This document shows positions 40,918 to 50,831 of a stretch of DNA of 64,000 nucleotides, piece by piece. How positions within the stretch are numbered: the first letter of the stretch is position 1; every line of letters starts with the position of its first letter. Origin of the DNA: Nanobdellati archaeon (lineage in GTDB: Archaea > EX4484-52 > GLR71). Under the pieces are notes generated by a model that searched no databases, was not told the DNA's origin, and saw only the letters and a program-made list of their open reading frames with translations. Location: contig JAHYJR010000001.1 of assembly GCA_019429005.1 (NCBI GenBank), positions 136,663 through 200,662 on the forward strand, in the 5' to 3' direction. The position numbers and the translations under genes are program-made.

Positions 40918-43362
40918 ATGCATATAGATTTTTTCCTGACAGATGCAGATTATATCGTAATAGATAATAAACCAGTTATACGGCTGTTTGGAAAAACCGA
41001 AAAAGGTGAATCTGTTATTGTTAAGGATGATTTATTTAAACCCTATTTGTATGTGATACCAATAATTAGCGTAAAAGAAGCAAAAAAAACTATAAGCGAC
41101 CTTGAATTATTTGATAAGAATAACGTACAAGTCATTATTGATTCTATTGAAATCGTGAAAAAAGAGGTTGACGGAAAAAGTCAAGAGATTTTAAAAATAT
41201 TCACACAAACTCCAAATGACATTCAAAGACTTAAGGACATTATAAAAGGTCTTGATTTTATAACGTCAATACGTGAGTTTGATATAGCGTTTCATAAACA
41301 GTATCTTTTTGATAACGGTTTTTCACCCATGACGTGGTTTTCAGTTGATGGTCATATTTTAGGAGAAGATTCTTATGCAGATTTTGTGGTTATTGCATCT
41401 AATATAAAACCTAAAATATCAAAATCAATTCCAAAATTAAAGATTATGGCATTTGACATCGAGACAATGCAAACTAAAGAGGATATAAAAGAAATCCTTA
41501 TGCTTTCTGTCGCAACAAATACAGGTCTTAAGAAAGTATTTTCTCACGGAAAATCAACTTTTGAACATTCAGAACCTGTAAAAGATGAAAAAGCGATTAT
41601 AGAACGTTTCAAAGAATGTATAATTACAGAAAAACCCGATTTCATTGTAGGCTATAATAGCGATTCTTTTGATTTCACAATAATAAAAGAACGTGCTGAC
41701 AAATACAGAATAAGATTAGATATTGGTATGGCTGGCCAACTTTTAACCATCCAGAAACGTGGCATGACATCCGCCGCCATAACAAAAGGTTTTGTGCATA
41801 TTGACTTGTATCAGTTTGTATTTAGGATAATGCGAACAACATTAAAATCCGAGACCTTAACTCTTGATAATGTCGCATCAGAACTAATTGGAGAAAAAAA
41901 GCTTGATGTTGATTTTGACAAGATGTATGATGACTGGAAAAATAAGAGAGATATGAAAGATTCTGCAAGATATAATCTTCATGACTCTGTTATAACTTTA
42001 AAGCTTGCAGAAAAGATATTAACAAACATTTCAGCATTGTCAAAGCTTACTGGTCTTGTACCCTTTGATTCTTCAAGGTCTACATATGGTCAATTTGTAG
42101 AATCTTTTGCGATGAAAAAGGCAGCACAACTTGACGTTGTTATACCTAACAGACCTCTTTCAGACGAAATTTCAAATAGGATGGAACAAGCACCAATCGA
42201 AGGTGCCTTTGTCGCAACACCTAGGGCCGGTCTTCACAAAAACATTGCAGTCTTTGATTTCCGGTCACTATATCCTTCAATCATCGTATCACATAACATA
42301 GATCCCTTCACATTCAATTGTTCATGTTGCAAAGGCAACCCTAAAAACAAAGTCCATGGTTTCTCATATAGTTTTTGCACAAAAAAGCATGGTTTTGTAC
42401 CAACTATTGTTGAAGAACTTGTTATGGGGCGATACGATATTAAAAAACGTATGAAATCTCTTGATATCCTATCTGAAGAATATTCACGTCTTGATATGGA
42501 TCAGTATGCAATGAAAACAGTATCAAATGCATTTTACGGTTATCTTGGTTTTGCTGGATCTCGTTGGTACAAGCGCGAATCTGCAGAGTCTGTCACAGCT
42601 TTTGGTAGGGATTATATACATAAAACTATAGCTATAGCCGAAAATTTAGGTTTTGATGTTTTATATGGTGATACAGATTCCTTATTTTTGAGGACTGATA
42701 AAAATATTGATGACATTTTAAACACCTTTTTACGTGATGTAAATAAAATTCTTCCGGGCATAATGGAACTTGAGTATGAAGGTCATTTTAAGTCAGGTCT
42801 TTTTGTGTCTAAAAAGACAGGTACTGGCGGCGCAAAAAAGAAATATGCTCTTTTAGATGATAAGGGAAATATGAAGATACGCGGTTTTGAGAAAGTTCGG
42901 CGCGACTGGTCACATCTTGCAAGAAATACGCAAGAGGTTGTTCTTCAGCTGGTATTATCTGATAAAAAGGATGAGGCTGTATCTCTTGTAAAAAAGACAA
43001 TATTAAATTTAAAGGGTGGCAAAGTTGATTTAGAATCTCTTATTATTTTCAATCAACTTACACGTGCAATTGAGAAATATACTCAAAAAGGACCTCATGT
43101 ATCTGCAGCAATCCGTGCACGTGTCGCCGGAATTGATATTGTACCGGGTATGGTTATTCCATATATTATCACAAAAGGTTCGGGGTCTATAAGTTCAAGA
43201 GCTGTATATGCACCTTTCGCGAAAAATTATGATCCCGATTATTACATAAATAAACAGATTATGCCTACAACACTTAGAATCCTTGAAGCTGTTGGTGTTT
43301 CAGAAGATGAGCTTTTAGGTAAATCAAAGCAGAGCGGACTTTTTTCTTTTTCAAAAAAATAA
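40918..43362 (+). CDS. polB: Family B DNA polymerase (archaeal PolB3-type), intact with proofreading motifs
   Basis: Exonuclease motifs FDIET, YNSDSFD, YNLHD; polymerase motifs DFRSLYPS, KTVSNAFYG, YGDTDS; C-terminal PIP box KQSGLFSF. Confidence 0.96.
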   Translation: MHIDFFLTDADYIVIDNKPVIRLFGKTEKGESVIVKDDLFKPYLYVIPIISVKEAKKTISDLELFDKNNVQVIIDSIEIVKKEVDGKSQEILKIFTQTPNDIQRLKDIIKGLDFITSIREFDIAFHKQYLFDNGFSPMTWFSVDGHILGEDSYADFVVIASNIKPKISKSIPKLKIMAFDIETMQTKEDIKEILMLSVATNTGLKKVFSHGKSTFEHSEPVKDEKAIIERFKECIITEKPDFIVGYNSDSFDFTIIKERADKYRIRLDIGMAGQLLTIQKRGMTSAAITKGFVHIDLYQFVFRIMRTTLKSETLTLDNVASELIGEKKLDVDFDKMYDDWKNKRDMKDSARYNLHDSVITLKLAEKILTNISALSKLTGLVPFDSSRSTYGQFVESFAMKKAAQLDVVIPNRPLSDEISNRMEQAPIEGAFVATPRAGLHKNIAVFDFRSLYPSIIVSHNIDPFTFNCSCCKGNPKNKVHGFSYSFCTKKHGFVPTIVEELVMGRYDIKKRMKSLDILSEEYSRLDMDQYAMKTVSNAFYGYLGFAGSRWYKRESAESVTAFGRDYIHKTIAIAENLGFDVLYGDTDSLFLRTDKNIDDILNTFLRDVNKILPGIMELEYEGHFKSGLFVSKKTGTGGAKKKYALLDDKGNMKIRGFEKVRRDWSHLARNTQEVVLQLVLSDKKDEAVSLVKKTILNLKGGKVDLESLIIFNQLTRAIEKYTQKGPHVSAAIRARVAGIDIVPGMVIPYIITKGSGSISSRAVYAPFAKNYDPDYYINKQIMPTTLRILEAVGVSEDELLGKSKQSGLFSFSKK

Positions 43363-43372
43363 TATATTATAT

Positions 43373-43540
43373 TTACCTTTTCCCTGCCACAATTTTTGAT
43401 ATTGTCGCAAATGGAACAACATCAACACCAGGTATACTGCTTTCAACAACACCAATTATTGAAAGCCATTTATTTCCCGTATAATAATATATTATTGCAC
43501 CTTCGACAATTGCAACAGCAGGTATACCTATTAACATCAT
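43373..43540 (-). CDS. Small hydrophobic protein (55 aa, MMLIGIPAVAIVEG...IPGVDVVPFATISKIVAGKR), below the ORF-track cutoff
   Basis: Manual translation; fills the gap between polB and the wHTH gene. The frame extends upstream to ATG 43600 except for one TGA. Confidence 0.6.
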   Translation of the reverse strand: MMLIGIPAVAIVEGAIIYYYTGNKWLSIIGVVESSIPGVDVVPFATISKIVAGKR

Positions 43541-43650
43541 TTCTTCAAAAGGCGAAGCATCAATTAAGTAAATTAAGATTGGTAATCAGTAGCTCAACAT
43601 AAATTATATTTAAATCTGCTTGATTATATATCTTATTGGTGTAATTTCAA

Positions 43651-43950
43651 ATGTCTGAAAAAGAAATATCTGAAAAAAAAAAGACAGTCTCAAGCAAAGA
43701 ATTTAAAAATCTATTAATTGTGTTTAATGTTTTGAAACAACATCCTGGAGGCTTGTGGATTCGTGAGATCTCAAGACGTGGCAAACTCCATATGGAAGTT
43801 GTACGTCGAATAATCGCAAAGCATGCAACTCTGTTTGAAAATTATGCAGACTTTACAGGGTATAATATAAACTTGAAAATATTCAAATTACGAAATCCTA
43901 ATATGACACATACTGCAATTGAGAATTACCTCAAGCTTAAAGCCCAATAA
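43651..43950 (+). CDS. Small winged-helix DNA-binding-like protein
   Basis: IVFNVLKQHPGGLWIREISRRGKLHMEVVRRII fits an HTH pattern. Confidence 0.65.
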   Translation: MSEKEISEKKKTVSSKEFKNLLIVFNVLKQHPGGLWIREISRRGKLHMEVVRRIIAKHATLFENYADFTGYNINLKIFKLRNPNMTHTAIENYLKLKAQ

Positions 43951-45651
43951 TCATCTTATCCAAGACATTATTTTTGTAAATAGACTTCTCTTGTTTTGTA
44001 TATTTTGTGCGTTAATGTTTCCCGTAATAAGATTTTCTGTAATCAAATCCGTTTTAACGCTTTTTTCTTTCTCATATTTACAACTACTATAGATCTCATC
44101 AGAATACGCAATTAATATATTAGTGCCATATACAGTTTTCCAAGTTATTGTGTTATTTTTTTTAGATTTGATTATAATTTTTTTTTCATCAATCTCATTG
44201 TCTTGTATCAGTATTATACTTACATTTTTGTCATTAATATCTGAATTATACATTTTTAACATAATTTCGTCATCATCAAAAGAACAATTAATTATGATGT
44301 TTTGTGGTGTCGTATCATAAATCACAGTTATTTCTTTTTCAATGACATCCAATAGTGCACCATCCGAATAAATCTTGATTTTTAGTTTCGCATCTGTCAA
44401 GTTTTCTGTAATCTTATTCCATAATGATATCGGTTGCGTTTCATTTGCCTCAAGTTTAAAATCAATAACATTTCCGGTCCAAGTTTTTGTCCAGATATTA
44501 TCACCAAATCCAAGACTTTTCAGTGTGCCATCATAATAGGCATAAGAATATACAGAATAATTTGAAGTGCTATCACCTTGATTTGTGATTTTAAGTACGA
44601 TCTCAAACGGTTTATTAACATACAAAATATTATCCAATTTAGAAATATCAAATGTTTTAGGTTCTATCATCTCTTGGGTGCAGTTTTTTTCTAAATATAC
44701 AGTTTTACTTGGATATCTGATATATATTGTATTTTTCTTGCATATTTCAGACATTTTGTCAGTATGTTTGACAAATATTGTATCTTTAAACATGACATCT
44801 GTATATGCAAATGTCTCATTTTCTTTGTTACATAATCTGACCGTCAGATGATATGTACCGTCAGTATATTGTTTTTTGCAGTCGTCTTTCAGGATCAGTG
44901 GGATAAATAATCGTGTATCAGTCGCATTTAACATTTCAATTGCAGTATCGGTGTCACAATATTTTTGGTATAATGTAGTCTCATCAAGGTCCCTACTGAT
45001 TTTTTTTGGACCCGATATATAACCAATAATCCGTAAATCTAGGCCTTTATATTGACCTACAAAAACATCTGTATCAATAAGTATTGTTTCGCCAAAATAT
45101 GCTTCTTTATTGAATTTGGCGAATATGCTTGCATCTTTTCCACCCAAATCTTCTTCAATTATAGTTTCATTATCCTCTGTTATATTTTCAGTTATGTCAT
45201 CTGCCACATTTTCAACATCTTGCTCATATATGTTGAACAGTGCATACGCTGTTGTATATGATTCGTTATAATAGAACTTTGCATATGCCTTATACTCACC
45301 TGCTGTAATGTTCATTGTTTCAAATTGTGCGGTTATAATTTTTACAGTTCCGTTTTCAACAACAACACCAATAATATCAACAATAAGCCAATCTTTGGGA
45401 TATTCAAACAGAGTACCAATCTTTTTTCCAATTTTCATGGTCAGATTACCTGCTGCGAAATAATCATTGTCATTACTTATCAGAATGTTGATGTCTTGTA
45501 ATGTACCGATTGTTATATTTGAATTTGGTATATTGATGTTGAGTTCTGGTTTTATGTCCCAGAAGAAGGTTTGGTTTATGGCATATGCAGGTGTGAGCGA
45601 AATTGAAAAGAAAAAGGGTATTAGAATGCATAATATTATCTTTTGCGTCAT
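43951..45651 (-). CDS. Secreted/surface protein, 566 aa, probably Ig-like beta domains
   Basis: Signal peptide MTQKIILCILIPFFFSISLTPAYA; many N-x-S/T sequons; acidic linker; GGGGTGA SD upstream of the ATG. Confidence 0.7.
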   Translation of the reverse strand: MTQKIILCILIPFFFSISLTPAYAINQTFFWDIKPELNINIPNSNITIGTLQDINILISNDNDYFAAGNLTMKIGKKIGTLFEYPKDWLIVDIIGVVVENGTVKIITAQFETMNITAGEYKAYAKFYYNESYTTAYALFNIYEQDVENVADDITENITEDNETIIEEDLGGKDASIFAKFNKEAYFGETILIDTDVFVGQYKGLDLRIIGYISGPKKISRDLDETTLYQKYCDTDTAIEMLNATDTRLFIPLILKDDCKKQYTDGTYHLTVRLCNKENETFAYTDVMFKDTIFVKHTDKMSEICKKNTIYIRYPSKTVYLEKNCTQEMIEPKTFDISKLDNILYVNKPFEIVLKITNQGDSTSNYSVYSYAYYDGTLKSLGFGDNIWTKTWTGNVIDFKLEANETQPISLWNKITENLTDAKLKIKIYSDGALLDVIEKEITVIYDTTPQNIIINCSFDDDEIMLKMYNSDINDKNVSIILIQDNEIDEKKIIIKSKKNNTITWKTVYGTNILIAYSDEIYSSCKYEKEKSVKTDLITENLITGNINAQNIQNKRSLFTKIMSWIR

Positions 45652-45658
45652 AATCAGT

Positions 45659-45723
45659 TCACCCCTAAATTAACCATTGACGACACCAGATATTTCTAGC
45701 ATCGCAACAACTTTTAGGGGTGA
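45659..45723 (-). promoter_or_regulatory. 65-nt RNA hairpin covering the SD site of the 566-aa gene
   Basis: The minus-strand sequence folds by hand into 11+8+10 bp stems with 7 G-U pairs and a 4-nt loop; the 3' arm contains GGGGUGA. Confidence 0.65.
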
Positions 45724-45735
45724 TGTGTTTAAGAT

Positions 45736-46311
45736 TTACTCGTTTGTTATGGTTACTTTATTCATCTTGTCTCCAACAACAAGCGATGAAACAACATCCA
45801 TACCTTCTGTGACTAGACCAAAGACTGCATAATTATCATCTAGGAAATGTGCAGCTTCAAGTGTGAAATAGAATTGTGAACTCGCACTGTTTAGATCCTG
45901 ACTTCTTGCCATACCAAGAGCACCTTTAACATGTCTAAGTTCGGGGTTTATTTCTAACTGTATATTCTCAGAAGAGCCACCTTGACCATTACCTTTAGGG
46001 TCACCGCCTTGAACTACAAAACCTTTTTCAACTCTATGGAATGTAAGTCCATCATAAAATCCGCTTTCTGCAAGTTTTATGAAATTAGCGGTTGTGATTG
46101 GTGCACCGTCTTCGAAAAGTTCGAATTTAATTGTGCCTTTATCTGTTTCTATTACTGCGAATCTATTTGTTTTTTCAGTATTCATTGTATCACCTAAATC
46201 AGAAGTATCAATATCTGATACATCTGTATCTATGTTTCCTGAATCAGTTACACATCCAGATGCAAAAATGACAAGAAATATCATAGCTATTGTAAAAATT
46301 TTGTTTTTCAT
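45736..46311 (-). CDS. Cyclophilin-type peptidyl-prolyl isomerase with lipoprotein-like signal
   Basis: [37 protein letters not shown]; N-terminal hydrophobic stretch ending FASGC. Confidence 0.93.
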   Translation of the reverse strand: MKNKIFTIAMIFLVIFASGCVTDSGNIDTDVSDIDTSDLGDTMNTEKTNRFAVIETDKGTIKFELFEDGAPITTANFIKLAESGFYDGLTFHRVEKGFVVQGGDPKGNGQGGSSENIQLEINPELRHVKGALGMARSQDLNSASSQFYFTLEAAHFLDDNYAVFGLVTEGMDVVSSLVVGDKMNKVTITNE

Positions 46312-46397
46312 ATTAATTGTTTACGTTATTAAATTTTATATATTTTTGAGACATTTTCTATCAAAAACATTTAAATCTATCATAATAATTGTAATCT

Positions 46398-47291
46398 ATG
46401 CTTTCAAAAGATATTGAGGATAAATACATTTTAGCTGGAAAGATTGCAGCTTATGCAAGGGATAAAGGCAAAACCTTAATCGTGCCAGGTGCATTGGCTT
46501 TTGATATTGTTGAAGCTGTTGAGGCTATGATTATTGATAAAGGTGGTCTATTTGCCTGTCCGACAACGTTATCAATTAATAATATTGCTGCACATTATAC
46601 ACCCGAATATGGTGATAAGACAATAATTGGTGAAAATGATGTAGTAAAACTTGATATGGGCGTTCATGTTGATGGATTCATTGCAGATACAGCAACAACT
46701 GTATGTCTAGATAAAGATAAAGAACCTATGAACGAATGCGTTAAAAAAGCACTTGATGAAGCTATAAAAGCAATAACGCCTGGTGTGAACGTCGGTTACC
46801 TTGGTGAAATAATACAATCTGTAATTTTTGATGCGGGTTTCAAACCGGTTTCAAACTTGACAGGTCATGTTCTTGAACAATATGAATTGCATACCGGAAT
46901 CGGTGTTCCAAATATAAAAATGAAATCATCAAAAACTCTTGAAGATGGTATGGTTGTAGCTATTGAACCCTTTGCAACAGATGGATCTGGTTTTGTTAAA
47001 GAATCAGGACATGCTCAAATTTTTATGTTTGAGGTTGATAAATCAATACGTCTTGATGCTGCAAGAAAAATAATGACGCTCTCAAAAACAAAGTTCAATA
47101 AAATGCCTTTTGCATCACGATGGATAAAAGGTGTTAGCCCACAAATGATAAATCTTGCTTTAAAACAATTGACAGCAATTAAAGCAATGGCATCATATCC
47201 TACACTTCAAGAAGCTAAAGGTGTTACAGTAACACATGCAGAACATACAATTATTGTGAAAGACAAACCTATTGTTACAACAAAAATATAA
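46398..47291 (+). CDS. map: Methionine aminopeptidase type II
   Basis: AAHYTP; KLDMGVHVDGFIADTA; NLTGH; AIEPF; HAEHT. Confidence 0.95.
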   Translation: MLSKDIEDKYILAGKIAAYARDKGKTLIVPGALAFDIVEAVEAMIIDKGGLFACPTTLSINNIAAHYTPEYGDKTIIGENDVVKLDMGVHVDGFIADTATTVCLDKDKEPMNECVKKALDEAIKAITPGVNVGYLGEIIQSVIFDAGFKPVSNLTGHVLEQYELHTGIGVPNIKMKSSKTLEDGMVVAIEPFATDGSGFVKESGHAQIFMFEVDKSIRLDAARKIMTLSKTKFNKMPFASRWIKGVSPQMINLALKQLTAIKAMASYPTLQEAKGVTVTHAEHTIIVKDKPIVTTKI

Positions 47292-47323
47292 TCAAATACT
47301 TTATTAAAATTGCTTTCTAAAAT

Positions 47324-48391
47324 ATGTCTATGACAAGAACAGATAATATCCTTGTTCTCTGTGTTGATAGGGATAATGATATCGGTAATAAGGCAAACAT
47401 AAAAGGCCCTATAATCGGAAGATCAAAAAATATTGATACAGCTGTAAAGCTTGCTTTAGCAGATCCGTCAGAATCTGATGTCAATGCCATATTTCATGCA
47501 GTAAAATCGTATGATCAACTCAAAAAAGATCTTGGTTCTACCGTTAATGTTGATATTGTAACAGTCACCGGTGGATATCCTGTTGGTATTATTTCTGATA
47601 AAATTATTGAAAAACAGCTTGATGAATTAACAAAAAAAATAAAATATAACAAAGTTGTTTTTGTTTCTGATGGTCAGGCTGATGAGCATATAATGCCAAT
47701 TATTAAACATAAATTAGGCACATTTAATATTTATACAGAACGTGTTATAATAAAACAAAATAGGTATCTTGAAGGTGCTTATTATATAATTTATGATTTT
47801 ATTTCAGCCGTTGCATCAAATAAGGATCTTTCAAAGATATTTTTTGGTATACCTGCAATAATGCTTATACTTTATGCAATTTTTGGATTTGCAGGTGGCC
47901 GTTTAATACTTGGTGTTGTTGGTATTTATTTACTTGTACGAGGTTTCCATCTAGATCCGTATGTTATGGGATTTATAAGTGAATTTAGTAATTCTGCAAA
48001 ACTTAGGAAAGCTAGTTTTTTTGTATATATTGCATCAATAACATTTCTTATTATGGGTGTTATAGAAGGGTATTCATCTTCAAGAGGCATTATTGCAGAA
48101 GATATGCTTTTAGCAATTTCACTTTTCTTACACGCCTCAATATTCTTATTATTTTTTAGTGCTATATTATTAGGTATTGGTGTCCTTTTACGAGATATTA
48201 AAGCTAAGACTAATTATTTAAAATATTTATCTTATTTTGTTTTAATTTTTGCAATAAGTTGGATAATCTATGCTTTGACGTCATATGTAATTAATGCGTT
48301 CACTGGTATTGGCAATGTACTTTATACACTGCTTATAAGTGGCGGTTTGACTTTTATTGTATTGTCTTTAGAGCGAACTGAGGAAGATTAA
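47324..48391 (+). CDS. DUF373 family archaeal membrane protein
   Basis: LVLCVDRDNDIG; ADPSESDVNAIF; VSDGQADE; C-terminal TMs. Confidence 0.88.
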   Translation: MSMTRTDNILVLCVDRDNDIGNKANIKGPIIGRSKNIDTAVKLALADPSESDVNAIFHAVKSYDQLKKDLGSTVNVDIVTVTGGYPVGIISDKIIEKQLDELTKKIKYNKVVFVSDGQADEHIMPIIKHKLGTFNIYTERVIIKQNRYLEGAYYIIYDFISAVASNKDLSKIFFGIPAIMLILYAIFGFAGGRLILGVVGIYLLVRGFHLDPYVMGFISEFSNSAKLRKASFFVYIASITFLIMGVIEGYSSSRGIIAEDMLLAISLFLHASIFLLFFSAILLGIGVLLRDIKAKTNYLKYLSYFVLIFAISWIIYALTSYVINAFTGIGNVLYTLLISGGLTFIVLSLERTEED

Positions 48392-48504
48392 TAAAACTTA
48401 GATAAAAACAGATAACATAAAACATAACAATTAAAAAACTTTGTACTTAAATATTGTAAATACTTGGTGATATTAAATGTGTATAAAATTTAGATGTGAT
48501 ACAA

Positions 48505-48804
48505 ATGCCAGTTAGTAAAGCTCCTTACAAACGTGGTCATAAATCAACAGCTGCTCGTGGTAGTCAGTCTAGTGTTTCATGTTCTTTTTGTGGAGCTATG
48601 ACCCCTAGGCATAAATGTATTATTCAGCATAGGGGTTTTAGAATAACAGATCCTGGCCTAAAACGTGAATTAGACCTTCAAAGTGTCAGTACTCGTTCAG
48701 AAAAGCAATATGCTTGTCCTCGTTGTGCACGAAGTCGTGGTATTGTAGAACATAAAACGGGTCAACAAAATGTAAAACGACCTCCAAGAAGGAGCGTTTT
48801 TTAA
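48505..48804 (+). CDS. rps26e: 30S ribosomal protein S26e
   Basis: Basic protein; RG..SSVSCSFCGAMTPRHK and YACPRCARSRGIV zinc motifs typical of eS26. Confidence 0.85.
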   Translation: MPVSKAPYKRGHKSTAARGSQSSVSCSFCGAMTPRHKCIIQHRGFRITDPGLKRELDLQSVSTRSEKQYACPRCARSRGIVEHKTGQQNVKRPPRRSVF

Positions 48805-48815
48805 GAGTATTTTGT

Positions 48816-48855
48816 TGATATTCTGTGTCTTTTTATAATTTAAAACAGAATATCA
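48816..48855. promoter_or_regulatory. 11-bp inverted repeat bracketing a TATA-like sequence between rps26e and the pilus ATPase gene (terminator or operator)
   Basis: TGATATTCTGT-(18 nt containing TTTTTATAATTTAAA)-ACAGAATATCA. Confidence 0.45.
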
Positions 48856-48889
48856 TCTTATATTCTTATTTAAATTTTAAGGTGTTTTT

Positions 48890-50740
48890 TTGATTCGCGG
48901 TTGGTTACGGAAAAAATATTTTGACGTCAAAAAAACGTTTTCTAAAGATTATAAAGTCTATAATTTTGAAGATGAGATAGCTAAATTTAAAATTATACCT
49001 GAAAAATTAGGTAGTCATATGACTGTTTTTCCAGATAGCGACGTTTCAAAAAATATAGATATAACATATCCTTTAATTCCTCCGTTTGCTTATGCAAATA
49101 TATCATATGATGCTGTTTTAGGTTCTTTATTGTATTCTGTTAAGGAACCCGTACTTACAAACCGCGAAACTGCAATATATAAGGTTCTTGAAAAACATCT
49201 TGAAACATCACTTGATATTAAATTTGATAAAGAAAGTTCAGAAAAAGATCTTGTTCAATATCTTATCGATTCTACAGTAAAAATAATTCATACACAATCA
49301 ATATCTCTTAGGTCTGGCGAGATAACAAAGATTATGTATTATATTTATAGAAATTTTCTAGGTTTAAATCAACTTGAACCCCTATTAAATGATATTAATA
49401 TTGAAGATGTCGGTTGTGATGGATATAATGTACCTTTTTATATTGTACATAAAAAATATGGTGCTTTGAAGACTGATGTAATTTTTAATGATTCAAAAAA
49501 ACTTTCAAATTTTATAGTAAAACTTGCAGAACGTTGTAATAGGTATGTGAGTTATGCTGAACCCTTATTAGATGGTACACTTCCAGATGGTTCAAGGATA
49601 CAGGCAACCTATACTGCAGATATTACAACAAGAGGACCTACATTTTCTATAAGGAAATTTCAATCAACACCTTTTAGTATAATTGATCTTATCAAATTGG
49701 GTACTGGTTCCGTTGATTTGTTTGCATATTTATGGTATCTTGTTGAACATGGTAAAAATATTCTTATTATTGGAACAACTTCTGCTGGAAAAACCTCATT
49801 TTTAAATTCACTTGTGTCTTTCATGCCACCCGAAAGTAAAATCGTGTCAATTGAAGATACAAGAGAACTTAACATACCTCATGACAATTGGATACCTTCA
49901 GTTGTACGGCATGGTTTTGGTCCATCTTCAAAGAAGTATGGTACTGTTACAATGTTTGATTTGCTTAAAGAGTCTTTTAGACAGAATCCTGATTATGTTA
50001 TCGTGGGTGAAGTTAGGGGTGAAGAAGCAAATGTTCTTTTTCAAGGTATGGCTTCAGGGCATTCATCTTTTAGTACATTCCATGCTGGAACTGTGGATGA
50101 GATTATACAGCGTCTTGAGACACCACCTATAAGTCTGCAACCGTCTCTTATTAATTCACTTGATGCTGTTATTACCATTCAACATGCAAAAGAAGTAAAA
50201 AGTGATGCACGGCGTATAAAATGTATTGATGAAATTAGTGATGTTGACCCAAAATCTGGTGCAGCACGAACTATTAGAAGTTTTGAATGGATACCATCTG
50301 CTGATTATTATGTTGAAAAAAATAGTCTTCTTATGGAGCAGATGGGTATTGAGTTAGGAATACCTATAAAATCAATAGTTTCAGAAATTGAGCTTCGCAA
50401 AAAACTTCTTAACTGGCTTTTAGAAAATAATATTTCATCTTTTGATGATGTTTCATCATATATTGCAAGATATTATAACGATAAAGAGAATCTTTTAAGT
50501 CGACTTGGGAAAAAAGTATATATGACTGAACACGGCATATTTACAAATAAGGCACATAGTATTATTAACGAAAACAATTCTAAACAATCTATAACAAACA
50601 GTAATTATGCAAAATGGCTTGATTCTATTGATAATAGGGATGAACTTAAAATCAAATCAAAAATCAAAACAAAAAAAGTTGTATCTAAAAATAAAGATTC
50701 TCAAAAGATAAGTGACCGTGTATTGTCCTTCAAGACATGA
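48890..50740 (+). CDS. Type IV pilus assembly ATPase (VirB11/TadA/ArlI family)
   Basis: Walker A GTTSAGKTS; SIEDTRE; RQNPDYVIVGEVRGEE; GH-STFHA. Confidence 0.93.
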   Translation: MIRGWLRKKYFDVKKTFSKDYKVYNFEDEIAKFKIIPEKLGSHMTVFPDSDVSKNIDITYPLIPPFAYANISYDAVLGSLLYSVKEPVLTNRETAIYKVLEKHLETSLDIKFDKESSEKDLVQYLIDSTVKIIHTQSISLRSGEITKIMYYIYRNFLGLNQLEPLLNDINIEDVGCDGYNVPFYIVHKKYGALKTDVIFNDSKKLSNFIVKLAERCNRYVSYAEPLLDGTLPDGSRIQATYTADITTRGPTFSIRKFQSTPFSIIDLIKLGTGSVDLFAYLWYLVEHGKNILIIGTTSAGKTSFLNSLVSFMPPESKIVSIEDTRELNIPHDNWIPSVVRHGFGPSSKKYGTVTMFDLLKESFRQNPDYVIVGEVRGEEANVLFQGMASGHSSFSTFHAGTVDEIIQRLETPPISLQPSLINSLDAVITIQHAKEVKSDARRIKCIDEISDVDPKSGAARTIRSFEWIPSADYYVEKNSLLMEQMGIELGIPIKSIVSEIELRKKLLNWLLENNISSFDDVSSYIARYYNDKENLLSRLGKKVYMTEHGIFTNKAHSIINENNSKQSITNSNYAKWLDSIDNRDELKIKSKIKTKKVVSKNKDSQKISDRVLSFKT

Positions 50741-50831
50741 TTTTTCAGGTTAAATCATTTATTAACAACTCAAAAACAAATATATTAACCCTCGACATAC
50801 AATAGTTAATATATGTCTTTTTTAAATTGGG

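Noticed and set aside
40918-43362. Intein, split or inactivated PolB
   Set aside because: Length is normal (814 aa) and all exonuclease and polymerase motifs are present and contiguous
43586-43588. Genome-wide TGA recoding
   Set aside because: TGA ends several clearly complete genes (e.g. 6379, 12580, 37498) and conserved genes have no internal TGA
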